DNA of 58,188 nt, counting the filler, from Platydemus manokwari (lineage: Eukaryota): the NCBI GenBank assembly GCA_037951405.1. It is 5 parts of 5 records of this genome, joined end to end, with 100 filler letters (N's around TTAATTAATTAA, not from the genome) between each part and the next. Parts side by side here need not be neighbours in the genome. Positions count along the whole stretch, not along the records: positions 34,787 to 46,408 come from JBBMOY010562218.1; positions 46,509 to 58,188 come from JBBMOY010527774.1; 3 more parts are not named here. One strand, written 5' to 3'. Each line of letters starts with the position of its first letter. Positions within the stretch are counted from its first letter, which is position 1. Below the pieces are notes generated by a model. That model was not told the origin of the DNA, did not search any database, and saw only the letters and a program-made list of their open reading frames with translations. A program made the translations under genes and the position numbers. Below, piece by piece: positions 40,497-53,769 of the stretch.

Positions 40497-40699
40497 ACGT
40501 TTTATTGCTATGACTGCGGCTGATGCGAAAAAATTCTCAATATGGCTTTAGTTATTTGAAATCAAACATGAAATAGACCAGAGGTTCAAAATTTGATTAT
40601 TTGAAAAAATGGATAAAAGTAGGTCGATAGCAATTTATTTAAAATAAGCAAGAACCCCTTTTAACTTTAGAAGCAAATTAGGAGATCCCCTCGATTTCT

Positions 40700-42850
40700 A
40701 CAATTATATATGTTAGTTGCTAAAACTTCGTTTTTAAAGTTCAAAGACAAGTATTTAATTCTTTCAGCCATTTATTTTCTTCCAACCATGATATCTGATT
40801 AAATAATAATACCTGATTTATTCGCTTAATTTACATACCTATTTTTAATAAAATTGAAGATTTCTATAATGAACTACATAATTATTTTATTTGTTTGATC
40901 ACCAATTAATAATTCAAATAAATCCTGTCATATTGACTTTCACTAAATTATTTAAAATCACTTATTTTTTTGGAGCTAATGGAAAATGTTCTTTTTTTCG
41001 TTTTTACTTTCTAAATCAACTTTTAAAATCACTAATTGTGTTAAGTTTGATGGTAATCGATTTAATACTTAGATTAATTCATCTAACTTATTATTTATAT
41101 AAACTTGCTCAGTTAATTTCAAATGTTTATATGGTAATGTTTTAGGCATTGCCGAACCATATAAATTATTAGCATTATTATAAATTTAATGATTCTTTTC
41201 AAAATATTTATTTCAATCAAAACATTCATTTCAAATCCCATCAGAATTTTTTACACGTTTGTAATTTTTACTCCAGATTCATAAATTAAAGTTGGTAAGG
41301 AAACATAGTGACCTTGATCAAAATAAGTCTGATTAGTATATTTACTTCTAAATTATAAATGTGCATTTGCTAAATTATTTACAGCTTGTTTTAAATATAG
41401 AATTGTATGATCTCTTTAGTTTTTACAATTAAGTTTTGGTTATTGAGGTCTTTGATATTCTTCTTAATTTTATTTTAAAATAAAAACTTTCAATTGATTC
41501 TAAAGCAGTTACATTTAATATTTTCAAAAGATGTTACATAATCACAGGGATAAATTGAAATTACTTTGATTAGTATATAGGTTGATGCCAAATCCATTTA
41601 ATTCCAGTAAATTCTTCATCTTTCTTATCTTTACTTATCTTAGCTAAAGTGTTTTGAAATAATCTTAATGAATCTGTGAATCTAATACTACCATAATTAA
41701 ATGAAATATAATGACAATATTTTCATATCTACACCTTTAGATTTTTGCTTCGCTAATTCTTTTATTATCAAATGAAAAACATATTTAGATGAACTGTGAA
41801 AATGTAATTAAGAATCTTTCAGTTTCCTAGATAATGAGTTACAATTTTTTACATACTGCTCATCTGTATTTATTTTCAATTAAATAATGATCGTTGTCTC
41901 AGACTTAAAGATCACAAAGATCACATTAATTTTAAATAAATACAAGAAGGTATTGGTTTTCATATGATAAATGGAATTGGTATTTGATGATTATAGTTTC
42001 GAAATTTTAATATATTAATTTGTATTGGATTTGAGAATCTGGTGTTCTTTAGGGATTGCATTAAATATTGGATCTAGCGAAAAAATAGTCTTCCTTTTTA
42101 AGTCAATTATCATCTATCTAGGTCAACACTGTTTTTGATTACTTAATGTTGACAACTGGTTTGCTATTCTTGGTTCCATTTTTTTTCAGGATACCTGAAT
42201 AAGATGGTGGTTTATCACTGGTCTTTGATCGTGAACTGGAGTTGCCTCTGTTGACTTTTGACAATCATGAAAGTGACGAAAGTCATTTAAGACTGAAATA
42301 CTTTCATCAATCTCTTTCATAACAAAAACCTTTCATCTTTGAATTTTTTGAAAATTTGTCTATATTGACCATATTGATCTCCTGAACTTCTGTTTCGAGG
42401 ATGTGGATCGTTATTATATGAGTATACCTTGAGTATGGAGTCACAGAATCTATAATCCTTATAAGTTAACTCGTTATTACTGTACAGTTGATGTGGATGC
42501 CTCGCCTGCAAATAAAAGTAGGTTTTTCCAGACGTGTAAGTTTAGATTTTCCATCCAGATAAAAATCCGGATTTTGGAGAAATAAATAAACATAATTTCT
42601 AACTTTTGATTGACTAATCCAATTTTAATAAATTTTTTATTAATTTATGTAAATTATGTTGTGAGGGATTATTGTTGATAAGAATTAACAAGGTTTTATT
42701 AATAATGAATATGATCTCAATCAATTTATTTTGAAAATAACCAATAAAATGTCTTATTATGATGAAATTGATTATTGAGTCGGAAGACACTTTTTTGTGA
42801 AACCAATTTAGTGAAATCCATTGTTTAATAATCAAATAGATTATCTCTAA
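40700..42850 (-). mobile_element. Polinton/Maverick-type protein-primed DNA polymerase B remnant
   Basis: Colinear minus-strand motifs: LSGWKI (~42550), LKFRNYNHQIPIPFII (~41960-42012), YISFNYGSIRFTDSLRLF (~41655-41712), IYPCDYVTSFE (~41522-41556), YFDQGHYVSLPTLIYESG (~41270-41330), NANNLYGSAMPKTLPYK (motif A, ~41126-41180); many stops. Confidence 0.88.
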
Positions 42851-43969
42851 CATCATCATACATTCGAAAGAATATCTTAGATCTCAACTGTTAAAATTAG
42901 ATTTTCATTTATCATAAGTTTCGATACACTAACCTCATTTCAGATCATTCTAAGATTTATAAATCGTTTTTAACCATATGTATTAATACAATGAGTCAAT
43001 AACCTTGGATAGAACAAATATATAATTAAAAACTGATTGATAGAAAATAATAAATCGCATACGTGACAGTCACAATCTACAGGAAATTTTTATTTAATGA
43101 AAATTGGACCTTGGATCACTGATCAATATTCCAATTTTAATTATTGTACTTATTCAGGACTTCCTATCTCTGAAAACATATTTTGGAGTCATTATTTTAC
43201 CAGTCAATTATTAACAGACTAAGATACTCATTATCTTTACACTCGATATCTCAGATATGACATTTCTAATTTATGGTTTCGGCATCACATCACAAAATAT
43301 CAAATTTCAATTCTCACAAATAAATGACACTCATGATTTTTAAACTTAGAAGGAGTTTCAATTTGTTTTCTTAAATGTTATTCAGGAGTTGAACCTATTC
43401 GTGTTATCGATCGAGAAAAAATTAACAAATATCAAAATAATATTAGAAAATAAACAAAGATGATTAATTAGTTAATTGATAATTTGACCATAATAACACA
43501 TGTATTTGTACTTTGCTAATATTCGATAATGAAAGTCAATGCTTATTTGGCACTTCATTTATCCGAAAATAAATATTAATTTTACGTTGAATTGCCTGGA
43601 TATTGATTTGATGTTTATTAGATATACTAAATGTACTATCGTAACATCAGATAGATAAATTTTGATTGGTACAATTTAATGTCAAATATTTATAGTCACA
43701 ATATTTATTGTCGTATCATTTATTACTATTAAATTTTCTATCTAATGGGTTTCAAATCGTTAACTCAATTTGTACTTCAAAAGGCTTTGTACCTCAATTT
43801 ATAAGTTATAATGAACAAAATATTAACAAGCTAATAATCAAATTTTAAAAGATAAAAATAAATAAATTTTTTGTTGACATATCGTTAAGAGATGAAAGTC
43901 CAATTGTTGAACTGATATGACGATGCATAAACCATATAATACATCAATTAATATTAAAATGCGATAAAA

Positions 43970-45496
43970 ATGGATGTAATTTATGAAATCATATCTATAA
44001 TCTTCGTTTTGCTAACTGTATTATTTGTAAGACAATACTATAAGAGAAAGAAAGATCCACCGGGACCATTAGGTTTACCATTTGTAGGAAATAAACTTTT
44101 CCTCATTATGCAGATGTTGTTTCCATCGAAATTTTCTGCCAAATCTGAAAATCAATACTATGTGGGAATGAAGAAGAAACATGGCGATTTATGGTCAATC
44201 GATATGGGTGATAAAAGAATTATTGTTCTGGCTTCAATTGATATATTAAATAATGTTATTGTGGATAATGGGAAACTTTTTGTGGGAAGACCTATAGCAT
44301 ATGTTCAAAATATAATAAAGGAAAATATTGGAGTACTGTTCTCAAATGCGGAAGTGTGGCATGCAAATCGAAAATTGGCATACAAAGCAATTCGTGAGGT
44401 GACCATTGCAACACAGCAATTAGAAAATATAATTTGTGACGAAAACGATGATTTGTTTTTATATATAGAGAAAACACATGGAGGTTCATTGAATAATTCC
44501 AAAATATTTGTCAAGTCAGTGAGCAATGTAATGAATATATTACTGTTCAATTCAAAAAATAAATATGACAATCGAGAATTTGAGGATTTTGCAAAGAATA
44601 TTGGAATCCTTTATCATTCGAATCAAGTGAATCATATATTTGAGTTATTCGCTAATATTTTACCAATGAAATATTTGAGAAAAATGTTTCGTAAAGTAGA
44701 TCAATACATATTAAGCACGAAGCAATGTATAGAATATATAGAAAAGAAATGCAAATCGAAACTTAAATCACAAGATGGCAATCTGATACCAAATTGTGTA
44801 TTTAATTATTTCTGGCTCTATCGATACCAACATAATCCAAAAATTGATCACAATGACAGATTTCATGATATTTCTTTCATGATGTTTGACCTGATGTTTG
44901 CTGGAATGGATACCTCTGCCGTACTTTTACAATTCAGCTTTTTAATGCTTGGTCAATACCAACATGTGCAAGAAGAATTAAGAAAAGAAATCCATTCACT
45001 TGTCGACGATTATAAATGTATTAAATTTGAAATGAGAAAGAGTTGTCCAAAGATTCTTTCTTTCATTGATGAAGTTCAACGATATTTTGCTATAGTTCCA
45101 CGAGCGATCCGTCAACCGATCGTTGATTGTTGGATTCGAAATTATGAAATCAAATCGACAGACTTGATTTTACTTGATTTGAATACGATTATGAGAGATG
45201 AGAAATTATTTAAAGATCCGAACATTTTCGATTCTCACAGATTTCTCGATGAATCAAGATCGAAATATATTCCCCATAGAGCTGTTATTCCATTTGGTCT
45301 TGGAAAACGTGTTTGTGCCGGTGAAAATATTGCAGTGATGGAACTGTTCCTTTACTTATCCAAAATTATTCACAGATTCCACATCTCGTTACCCATTGAA
45401 ACGAGGAATAATTTCAATAATATTTTAGATGGAATAAATGGTCTTGTTCATGCACCACTGGAGCATGAAGTTACAATCCAATTGAGACAACTCTGA
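43970..45496 (+). CDS. Cytochrome P450, clan-2 (CYP2-like), intronless, 508 aa
   Basis: N-terminal TM anchor, PPGPLGLPFVGN, WHANRK (C-helix), AGMDTS (I-helix), EVQR (K-helix), FDSHRF (PERF variant), PFGLGKRVCAGE (heme-binding). Confidence 0.97.
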   Translation: MDVIYEIISIIFVLLTVLFVRQYYKRKKDPPGPLGLPFVGNKLFLIMQMLFPSKFSAKSENQYYVGMKKKHGDLWSIDMGDKRIIVLASIDILNNVIVDNGKLFVGRPIAYVQNIIKENIGVLFSNAEVWHANRKLAYKAIREVTIATQQLENIICDENDDLFLYIEKTHGGSLNNSKIFVKSVSNVMNILLFNSKNKYDNREFEDFAKNIGILYHSNQVNHIFELFANILPMKYLRKMFRKVDQYILSTKQCIEYIEKKCKSKLKSQDGNLIPNCVFNYFWLYRYQHNPKIDHNDRFHDISFMMFDLMFAGMDTSAVLLQFSFLMLGQYQHVQEELRKEIHSLVDDYKCIKFEMRKSCPKILSFIDEVQRYFAIVPRAIRQPIVDCWIRNYEIKSTDLILLDLNTIMRDEKLFKDPNIFDSHRFLDESRSKYIPHRAVIPFGLGKRVCAGENIAVMELFLYLSKIIHRFHISLPIETRNNFNNILDGINGLVHAPLEHEVTIQLRQL

Positions 45497-46408
45497 AAGT
45501 TCTTAATAATATTTTTTTGATTTTTTATCGATGTCGGTAACCATAATTTAATGCAAGTATCGATTATTATTATATTTTAATTGAATTTTTTTATCATACA
45601 ATGTTTGCCATTGCTACTTAAAACATCCATGGAATAATCTTTGACGTTCTCCATCACATGGATTATAGAATACGCTTTTCTAATTTTGAATTTTAGTACG
45701 TCATTTAGCTAAGTTTTAACCGAGTTTCCAAATCGAAACATTTTTGTTTTCATTATAAAACTCGATATATTTCTTCACAAATTTATAAGGATTTTATTAT
45801 TTATACCTATTTAATTTGCCATGTGATTTAGCTTTAGATAAATACTTACTCAGTCTCATGTTTTCAATTTCTTCATATGATAATTTTACACATAATTTTT
45901 TGAAAATTATTTATCGATATTTCGATATTTTATACATCTCATACGTTATGTGACCATATAGACAAATAAAACTAAATATAAAAACTCGGTTTCATAATTT
46001 TAAATATTAATCATTATTAATTAATAAATCAGCTATTTACTATTATCAATAGATTATTTGTTATGAATTATCAATCTTTTTTAATAATTCATTTTGATAA
46101 AATATCCTGTAATTTAATCAATTTATTTTTATATTAAAATGTCGTGCACGATTTTAGCTTTGTAGTCAAACTACAAGTTTCATCATTAGGTATATACAAT
46201 TATATACAAGGTATAATTAATTCTAATAATAATTATTTATCAGAATGTTGGTTTGATTTAACCATAAATAATTTAAGCTAATTAACAGATGTACCGGTAT
46301 GAGATGAGCGTTAAGATACAAATATGTTGGAAGGGAAGATTTGTTGTGAACAAGCCTTAATTTTTATTCTGTTTGGTTGGAATGACATAATCAATAACCT
46401 TATCAATA

Positions 46409-46508
46409 NNNNNNNNNNNNNNNNNNNNNNNNNNNNNNNNNNNNNNNNNNNNTTAATTAATTAANNNNNNNNNNNNNNNNNNNNNNNNNNNNNNNNNNNN
46501 NNNNNNNN
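46409..46508. other. Artificial scaffold linker (100 nt)
   Basis: N-run/TTAATTAATTAA/N-run. Confidence 0.97.
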
Positions 46509-47000
46509 TTAGTACTTTTTAATTTTATTATTAATCTTAATTGATTTTAATAATTGTTTTAAATTTAATTTTTATTTAGATTAAAATCTTTTAATAATTT
46601 TTAAATTTATTTAATATATTATTTTATTATATTTTGATTGTTAATTTTAACTATTTATATTTTTAAAGTATTTTTTATTTTATTATTTATATATTAATAA
46701 TTTTTTAATTGTTTTTGTGTAATATATTTAATTTCTATTTTTATTAATTTTTACAAATATTTTTATTTATATTATTTATTTTTGTACTAATTTTATCTAT
46801 ATTACTTATTTTTTGTATTTTTATTTATTTTTTTACTATTTTTATTTATATTACTTTTTATTTTTATCCTATTTTATTGGAAATTTTTATTGATGATTAT
46901 TAATTTTATATTACTATTATAATTATTTTTATTGTCTTATAAAAATTATAATATAAAATCATTATTTATTTTCACATTTTTTATTTAAAATCATTTCATT
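46509..47000. repeat. Extreme AT/T-rich low-complexity tract
   Basis: Almost entirely A/T, degenerate TTTTATT units. Confidence 0.8.
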
Positions 47001-48574
47001 ATTTTATTGAAATAGACCATTTTATAAATCCAATTTTCTTCTATTTTACAAGAAAAAAACTTTTCCAATTGATTGAATAGCGAAAATTCTTGAATATATT
47101 AATTATTAATTTTCAATCGTTTTTCCTTTCAAATATTAAAACAACGCGAAGAGAAATATATTTTGAAAAATTTCCAAAGTTTTCATCTGAATAATTTATA
47201 TCTTTGTTGACAGCAATAATAAGCGGCAAAAAAATAATATTTTATATTATTAAATATATGAAGTCTTTTAGTTTCACAAAATAACATCTTGTGCAAATCA
47301 ATACAAAGCTGGAATTAATAAATATCTAACTAAATATTACATTTGTGATTTGATTTTCAATCACAAATAATATCTACTGATATTTCAATACTCGGTTTAA
47401 TAGCTTTTAAATATAAAATAACACGTTGATGGATAGTATTAATAACAATTAACAAATAACAAATAACAAGTAACAAATTAATATAATTTTCTATAAAATT
47501 TAAATTAAATCTTTGAAAATTTAATTCATTTAAAAATTCTCTCAGAATACGAGCCGAATCGTGGTACAAAATTTCTTTTTTTTGGACAAATCGATCACGT
47601 CTATAGTTTATGTAGATCGATTTTACGAGGCACACGCGACAGTATTGCGCTGAATAAATACCAGCCATTCAAATTATTACAAAATAGTTGACTCATTTAG
47701 TAGATTTAAGAAAAAAGCGATAATTTTGTTATTGCTCAGAAACGTATATAATGGAACGTAAACACTTGAGATTACCTAATTTTATGCGATTTTAATTAAT
47801 TTTATTATAATATTAAAGTTGGGATTTAATCGAAAATTAAGAAAACTTTAATCACTTTCCTATCTTACTAGCTACGATAGATCACGACATAAAGAGACAA
47901 GATTCTGGTATCCAAATAAACAGCTCATTATGACATTAAAGGTAAACAAGAATTGATATTCATTTAGCCTAAGGATACAGCATAGATTAAATGAAGAGAT
48001 ATATCGATATTTCGACAAAACGCTTTCTTCAATAAAGTTGTCTAAACTGTTTTGACATATTTTTGTAATCAATTCCAATGATTTCCTAAAATTTATTTTG
48101 CAAATAATTATATTAATTTTACATCTTTAATAATTTCTTACAATGACAAGAATTAGAATTATAAAATTTATTAACAATGCTTTTTTTGGATTTAAAAAAT
48201 ATTAAACAAAAATAAACAAATTATTGATTGATAAAAATAAAATAATAGCTAAAATTGATAGTTTTCTATTTGATTGGATTATTTGACCTATTTAAATATT
48301 TCTTTTTCCTAGACTAACTTACGTTGAAATGAGTTCATACATTAATTTACTTTATTCAGCTCAATATCGATTTAAAATAGTGGTCTGTTTTAATTAAATA
48401 GTCTGTGATCACTCTTCCGTTTCTAAATGTTACCTGTTATTGTTAGTGCTTCTTAACATGCCTTCCAATTAGCATTCCTTTAATTTTATGATTTTGTGAC
48501 AACTTAAATTGAAAATAACACAAAAATATTTTCACATCACAAATGATTCCTGTTTATTATCATTATTATACCAG

Positions 48575-49966
48575 GTGATTCAATTGATAAAATCTCGATC
48601 AAATATTTGTAATCAATTGCATTTACCAGCCCAGAGTGGCAGTTCAGCTGTTCTAGAAAAGATGGGTCGTGGATATACGAGAGAAGCATATTTGAAATTG
48701 GTCGACAAAGTTCGATCAATTGTTCCCGGTATGTGTTATACGTGACGTTGGCCAGCATAAGTTGATTAAATCCATAGATATGGCTTTGACAAGTGATTTC
48801 ATTGCGGGATTTTGTGGGGAGACAGAAGAGGATCATCAGTTAACGTTATCACTGATGAGAGCAGTCAAATATCATTTTGTTTTCTGTTACCCTTACAGTA
48901 TGAGAGAAGTAGATAAACATCGATGTACCTTCATAAAGATTTCATTGGTAATTTATAGAAAACCAAGGCTTATCATCGATTAGTAGACGACGTCGCAGAG
49001 GAAACGAAACATCGCAGACATGTCGAATTAGCCGCGGAATTTCGTGTTGGTTCAGAGATGTTAAATGAAGCCACGATTGGATCGATACAATTGATACTAG
49101 TGGATGGGGTAGTTTTAATGATTTTATTATGCTTTATATTATAATTATTATTACTCTTGATGAGATTTCACATAATTTAATTATTATTTACACTATTATT
49201 TTTTTATTATTATTGCTATTTCTATTATTTTATTTTGTTTATATTATTTATTTTTATTATTTTATTTTTATTATTGCTATTTCTATTTTTTATTTTTGTT
49301 ATTATTTTATTATTGTTATTTTTATTATTATTCTTATTTATATTATTTTATTTTGTTTATTGCTATTTATATTATTTATTATTATTATTATTTATTGTTA
49401 TTATTTTATTATTATTATTATTATTACTATTTATTCTTATTATTATTTTATTATTATTTTTGCTATTATTCTTATTTATATTATTTTTATTATTACTATT
49501 TCTATTTATTTTTATTATTATTTATTTTTGTTATTTTTATTATTATTATTATTATTATTATTTTATTTTTATTATTAAGGACAGTAAGAGATCTGGTGAT
49601 GATTGGGCAGGTAGGAATGACGCGAACACAAAAGTTATTTTTCCTAAAATCTCTCTACCATCGGACAGACAGATCGATAATGATTATATCGTTCCGAAAA
49701 TTGGCGAGTATGTCGCTGTCAAGGTAATCTCTAATCCGACCTATTTATTATCAGAAAACATTTTATTTGACATTGTCTTTCAGATCATATCGGCTACGTC
49801 TCAGAGTCTGAGAGCTGTTCCCATTTGTAGGTCATCAATAGCTAGTTTTGATCCACATTATTTGAAAAAAACTGTTGCCAATGGTGATAGTTATGACGAG
49901 AAATTAATTGAGAAAATAAATTTATCGACTTATTTTTATTTATTGATTACTTCGTTGAATATTTAA
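48575..49966 (+). CDS. CDK5RAP1: CDK5RAP1 / MiaB-like tRNA methylthiotransferase, 3' exons (48575-48728, 48778-48908, 48959-49108, 49580-49723, 49784-49966); 5' exons not seen
   Basis: Spliced reading [120 protein letters not shown] (radical-SAM C-terminal part plus TRAM domain). All introns GT-AG with consistent phases; exact stop uncertain. Confidence 0.93.
49120..49576. repeat. Degenerate (TAT)n microsatellite filling a CDK5RAP1 intron
   Basis: Directly visible; explains the three spurious I/F/Y/L-rich ORFs. Confidence 0.92.
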
Positions 49967-51399
49967 ATCTAAGGTGCCGCTTATCATAATATATTGAAAT
50001 TTATTTTCTTTGAAGTGTGTCAAGTCAAAAGATCATCTAGCAGATTGCTTCATGATAAAGTTCCTCGTATAACATGTGCTTATTAAATTGTGTTTTCTAG
50101 GATGTGGCAGTTTATTGAACTGTGTTTTGTTGAAGTTTGTGTAAAGCTAAAGATGGTATCTCCATATGGTAAAATGGGAAATATTGATTGATACTAATTA
50201 GGATTTCAACAGGTTTATAGAACAATATAAATTATATTGAGAAATAGCGATTTTCCTGATTATTGAAAATAAATCTTATAATTTTATCAATTAATAAAAT
50301 AAAACTATCAATATAGAATTTACAACTGATACTGTTGAGTTGTTTACAACATTATATCAAACATCAAACACAACCCAACAATTAGTTATGTGGACTAACC
50401 TAAAAGCAAGAATTTTGTTTATTTGTTATTAATCTCTTCTCGAATGTTGTTGTGTAATAAATAACATAAATTCTTCAAATTATTATATTATGTTATTAAA
50501 TTATATTAATTCTGAAATTCAACTCTCGGTGATAATAGAATTTGAAATAGAAAGAAAAGGTCAATTCGTTTAAAGAATATATACAAGATTAATGATTGAA
50601 ATTCGTGACGAGAATGAATTCACCAAAATTTAATAAAAGAATTCAAAAGAAATAAATCAGAGATCCATGAATTTGACAACCTTTCGTTGACAAGAAATGG
50701 TTCCAGAATTTGAGTAATTTAAATAAATTAATGAGTACTATTTTTATCTCGACATAAATTACAAAAATAATTTAGAACAAAACAAGTTTTTTCAGGTTGT
50801 CAGCAATCGATAAATTTTTACATCTAAATACCTGACAAAAAATTAATTGGATTACAAAAAAACCTGGAATATTAAGTCAGGTACTCCTGTATAAAAGATA
50901 CAGAATATCAAGGGAATATAAAGACAATTTTTGTATTTCATTGAATCCAAGTAAATTTAAATCAATATATTTTTATGGAGGTAAGTTGTGCATCAGGATA
51001 TTTACAGTGACTTAGTTTCTTTAATAATGTTCATGATTAAGTATGCTAGAAAATTATTGTAATTTTATTTTAAATTTATGTTTTGCATTTTTTCTTTTTC
51101 GTTTTATGCTTTGTTAACTTTGGGTGTATTTATACGGGTCTTCTGCATATACTTATTAAAGTATCGTGATCAGGAACATCAAATTGATTTAAGTTATTGG
51201 TCAAGTAAAAACGCAAGTCAATTCAATAACAATTTATTAAATTTGAAAAACCAAGTTCAGAATATTTAAACAAGTTGAATTTCCAAGATTATCTAAATTC
51301 CTTCTCGAGTTTTTTGAGATCTTTTTCAGCCACTCAATTCTTTGAGGTTTTAGCTGTCCCTAGAAAGCAAGAATCACTTGATCTGGACTTAAAAATTTC

Positions 51400-51860
51400 A
51401 AATTATGTGAGGACCTTCACAGCCATCTCTGTTCTTCTTTATCTTGTGTGATTTTTTCCTCACTAAAACGTCTTCTTCTCCTGCGAAAATTCGACAACCT
51501 TTTTTTCATAAACAAATTTCCTTAAGGTCGTAGAAACTGGTTTTAGCTAGTTCTTTAATGATCTGGTTGTGGTGGCTTGGTTCATTCGTAATCCATGCAT
51601 ATTAATTCGTCGTCCAAAGAAAATTTCAAAAGGAGAGTGTCGAATTGAGCTTTAATTTACCCCAAATCCGTTTCTTTTTTGCCGACGTTGTTACCATGTT
51701 TCGGACCGTCCTAATAACCTTGCGGCCAAGTCATTTGCTCGATGTTGGTATGTGAAGGTAAATACTTCTTTCATTCCAAAACATATCACTAATTCCTTCA
51801 TTTTCCTTCCCTCGAAAACTCTATCTCGATCAATGAGCACTGATTTTGGATCACTATATC
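51400..51860 (-). mobile_element. Gypsy-like LTR retrotransposon integrase remnant
   Basis: Minus strand SDPKSVLIDRDRVFEG..FGMKEVFTFTYQHRANDLAAR / VIRTVRNM..SIRHSPFEIFFGR..EDVLVRK (cf. PxxIxxDxGxxF, PYxxQxNGxAER, SPFExxFGR). Confidence 0.8.
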
Positions 51861-53597
51861 TATAGATTCAATTATAGATGATGGACTTGAAAATACTAGT
51901 ATCGTCTTGTCGAATAAGTGGCACTAAGCGTACTAGGTTGCTGAATCTAGGTTGCTGTCGTTGTAAGTGCAATACTAAAGGTATTCACACTAAATCAATA
52001 TACTAGCAAAGTGGTGTAGCAGCGTATTCTATAACTTGTAGTCTACCAGAAGGAGATTCTAATAAGTATGTATAATTTTTTAGACTAAAATCCTTATCTG
52101 ATTATAACTGTGACAATAATTATTCCTAGTTTTACCCGACTGTCTAAAAAAAGTCTGTAAACTTTTGAACAAATATATCTTGCTTTTCAGACGTGTTTAT
52201 TTAACTCAGTAAGCACCAATCTTTATAACGAGATAGGTAGAAGATAAGGAAGAGTCACTAAAATTGAACAGCATCAATCTTAATAAATATGTTGGGTTCC
52301 AAAATAATAGAGAGTATTTTCATTATGTCTACGAGTTTATTGTTGCTGTTATTAGTAAAGTGCATAGATATGTAGATTTAATATTTGAAGTTCGTATATT
52401 GAGACAATTTAGTAATTTTAAAATACAACTAATATCCATAATTGCAAGCCAATCAATTGCTTGTATTATTAAACATTATTAAAGTGTTAACATTAATAAT
52501 GTATTGTAAGCTATGGTCATACTAGAATTAGTCATTAGAGAAGTCCAAAGAAATTTAGAAACGAAAAGAATTTACCAGTCTGTTTCATCCTTGGCGAACA
52601 ATCACATTTTTAGTAAATCATCTCTAATTCAACTTTCAGCTTGCGATCATAGTCAAAGACTCATGTTGGTATTCTCTCCATGCTTAAATCTGGTTCAAGT
52701 GCAAATACTTGTGTGCTAAAGAAAAATGTTAGCTATCGAATCACATAAAGTCCATAAACGAAATGTCTAGAATTTATGCTAGTATTTCAATTAGATATGC
52801 CAAATAGGGAGATTAATACATATTTGTATGAAAATTCTATTTTATTATGATGGCGTATTTATTTAGCACGAAACATTTATGTAAACAAATAGTATAATTA
52901 AACAACTGAAAGACAATGTTGTTGATAATATATAATGTGTAATATGATCGATACACTAAGGGGTAACTTAGTGACATATGAAAGTTAGATTGATTTCAGA
53001 ATATTTTACTGTTTCTTTAGCAATAAAAGTTTAAAACTATGAGAATTCTACCTCATTGCAATAAGATATTGGGATCAATTTCTTTATCATCATTCTACGT
53101 AGATTTTTCAATTGATTTCTCCTTTATTGGAATCGATTTCAAGTTACATTGATGATTGATCTAAATTGATATGACACCACGAAATTCAAGATTATTAAAA
53201 TTTAAGCTGAACAAAACAGTAAGTTTTAAAATCCACTAGCTAATAATAACATCATTAGCGCTTGGTATTAAAATTGAATATTTTATTAGCTTGCCAACAA
53301 GTTTAATTAAAATTTTCGGTGCCCTTAGCAATCATAATTAAAACCACCATCCAATATTGATATACTATAAATAGTCACAATACAGTGTTTGCGAAGACTA
53401 TATCTGCTCGAAGCTTTGTTAGTAATTAAACTAGACTTCACAAAAGTCTTTGTTACTATCAGACGTAATTTTAATCTTCTAAAGTAAATCATCGTGTTTA
53501 ACAGACAAAAATGAATTTTATATCAATATTAAATTATACAAATTTGCAGATAATAATTAAAGAAATTCGTATATTTAAAAAAAACAAAACAATTTTG

Positions 53598-53769
53598 TCA
53601 TCTATAATCTCCTCGTGGTTTCCTCATATATTGACCAACGTAATCTTGTATGGATTCATCATTGGGATCTATCATAACAGATCGACCAAATTTGTCCGCT
53701 GAATTACTGTGCTCGATCATTGCTAAATCAGACCTGAAGCTCGAGCGATTATCTGGTCTATCATAAGGA
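53598..53769 (-). CDS. KIFAP3: Probable terminal exon of KIFAP3
   Basis: Polypyrimidine TTCCTTTATCTATTTCAG acceptor; phase 2 matches the donor at 56271; 57 open codons PYDRPDNRSSFRSDL..KFGRSVMIDP..RKPRGDYR*. Assigned by phase and position rather than homology. Confidence 0.72.

Noticed and set aside
44292-44571. Antisense ORFs within the P450 (and 29449-29700 within Sox)
   Set aside because: Shadow frames of real coding sequence.
47357-47668. 103-aa minus-strand ORF with CRVC
   Set aside because: No homology recognised; second half is low-complexity.
49129-49727. Three overlapping long hydrophobic ORFs (149, 243, 143 aa)
   Set aside because: Translation of a (TAT)n intronic microsatellite; only the downstream CDK5RAP1 exons are real.
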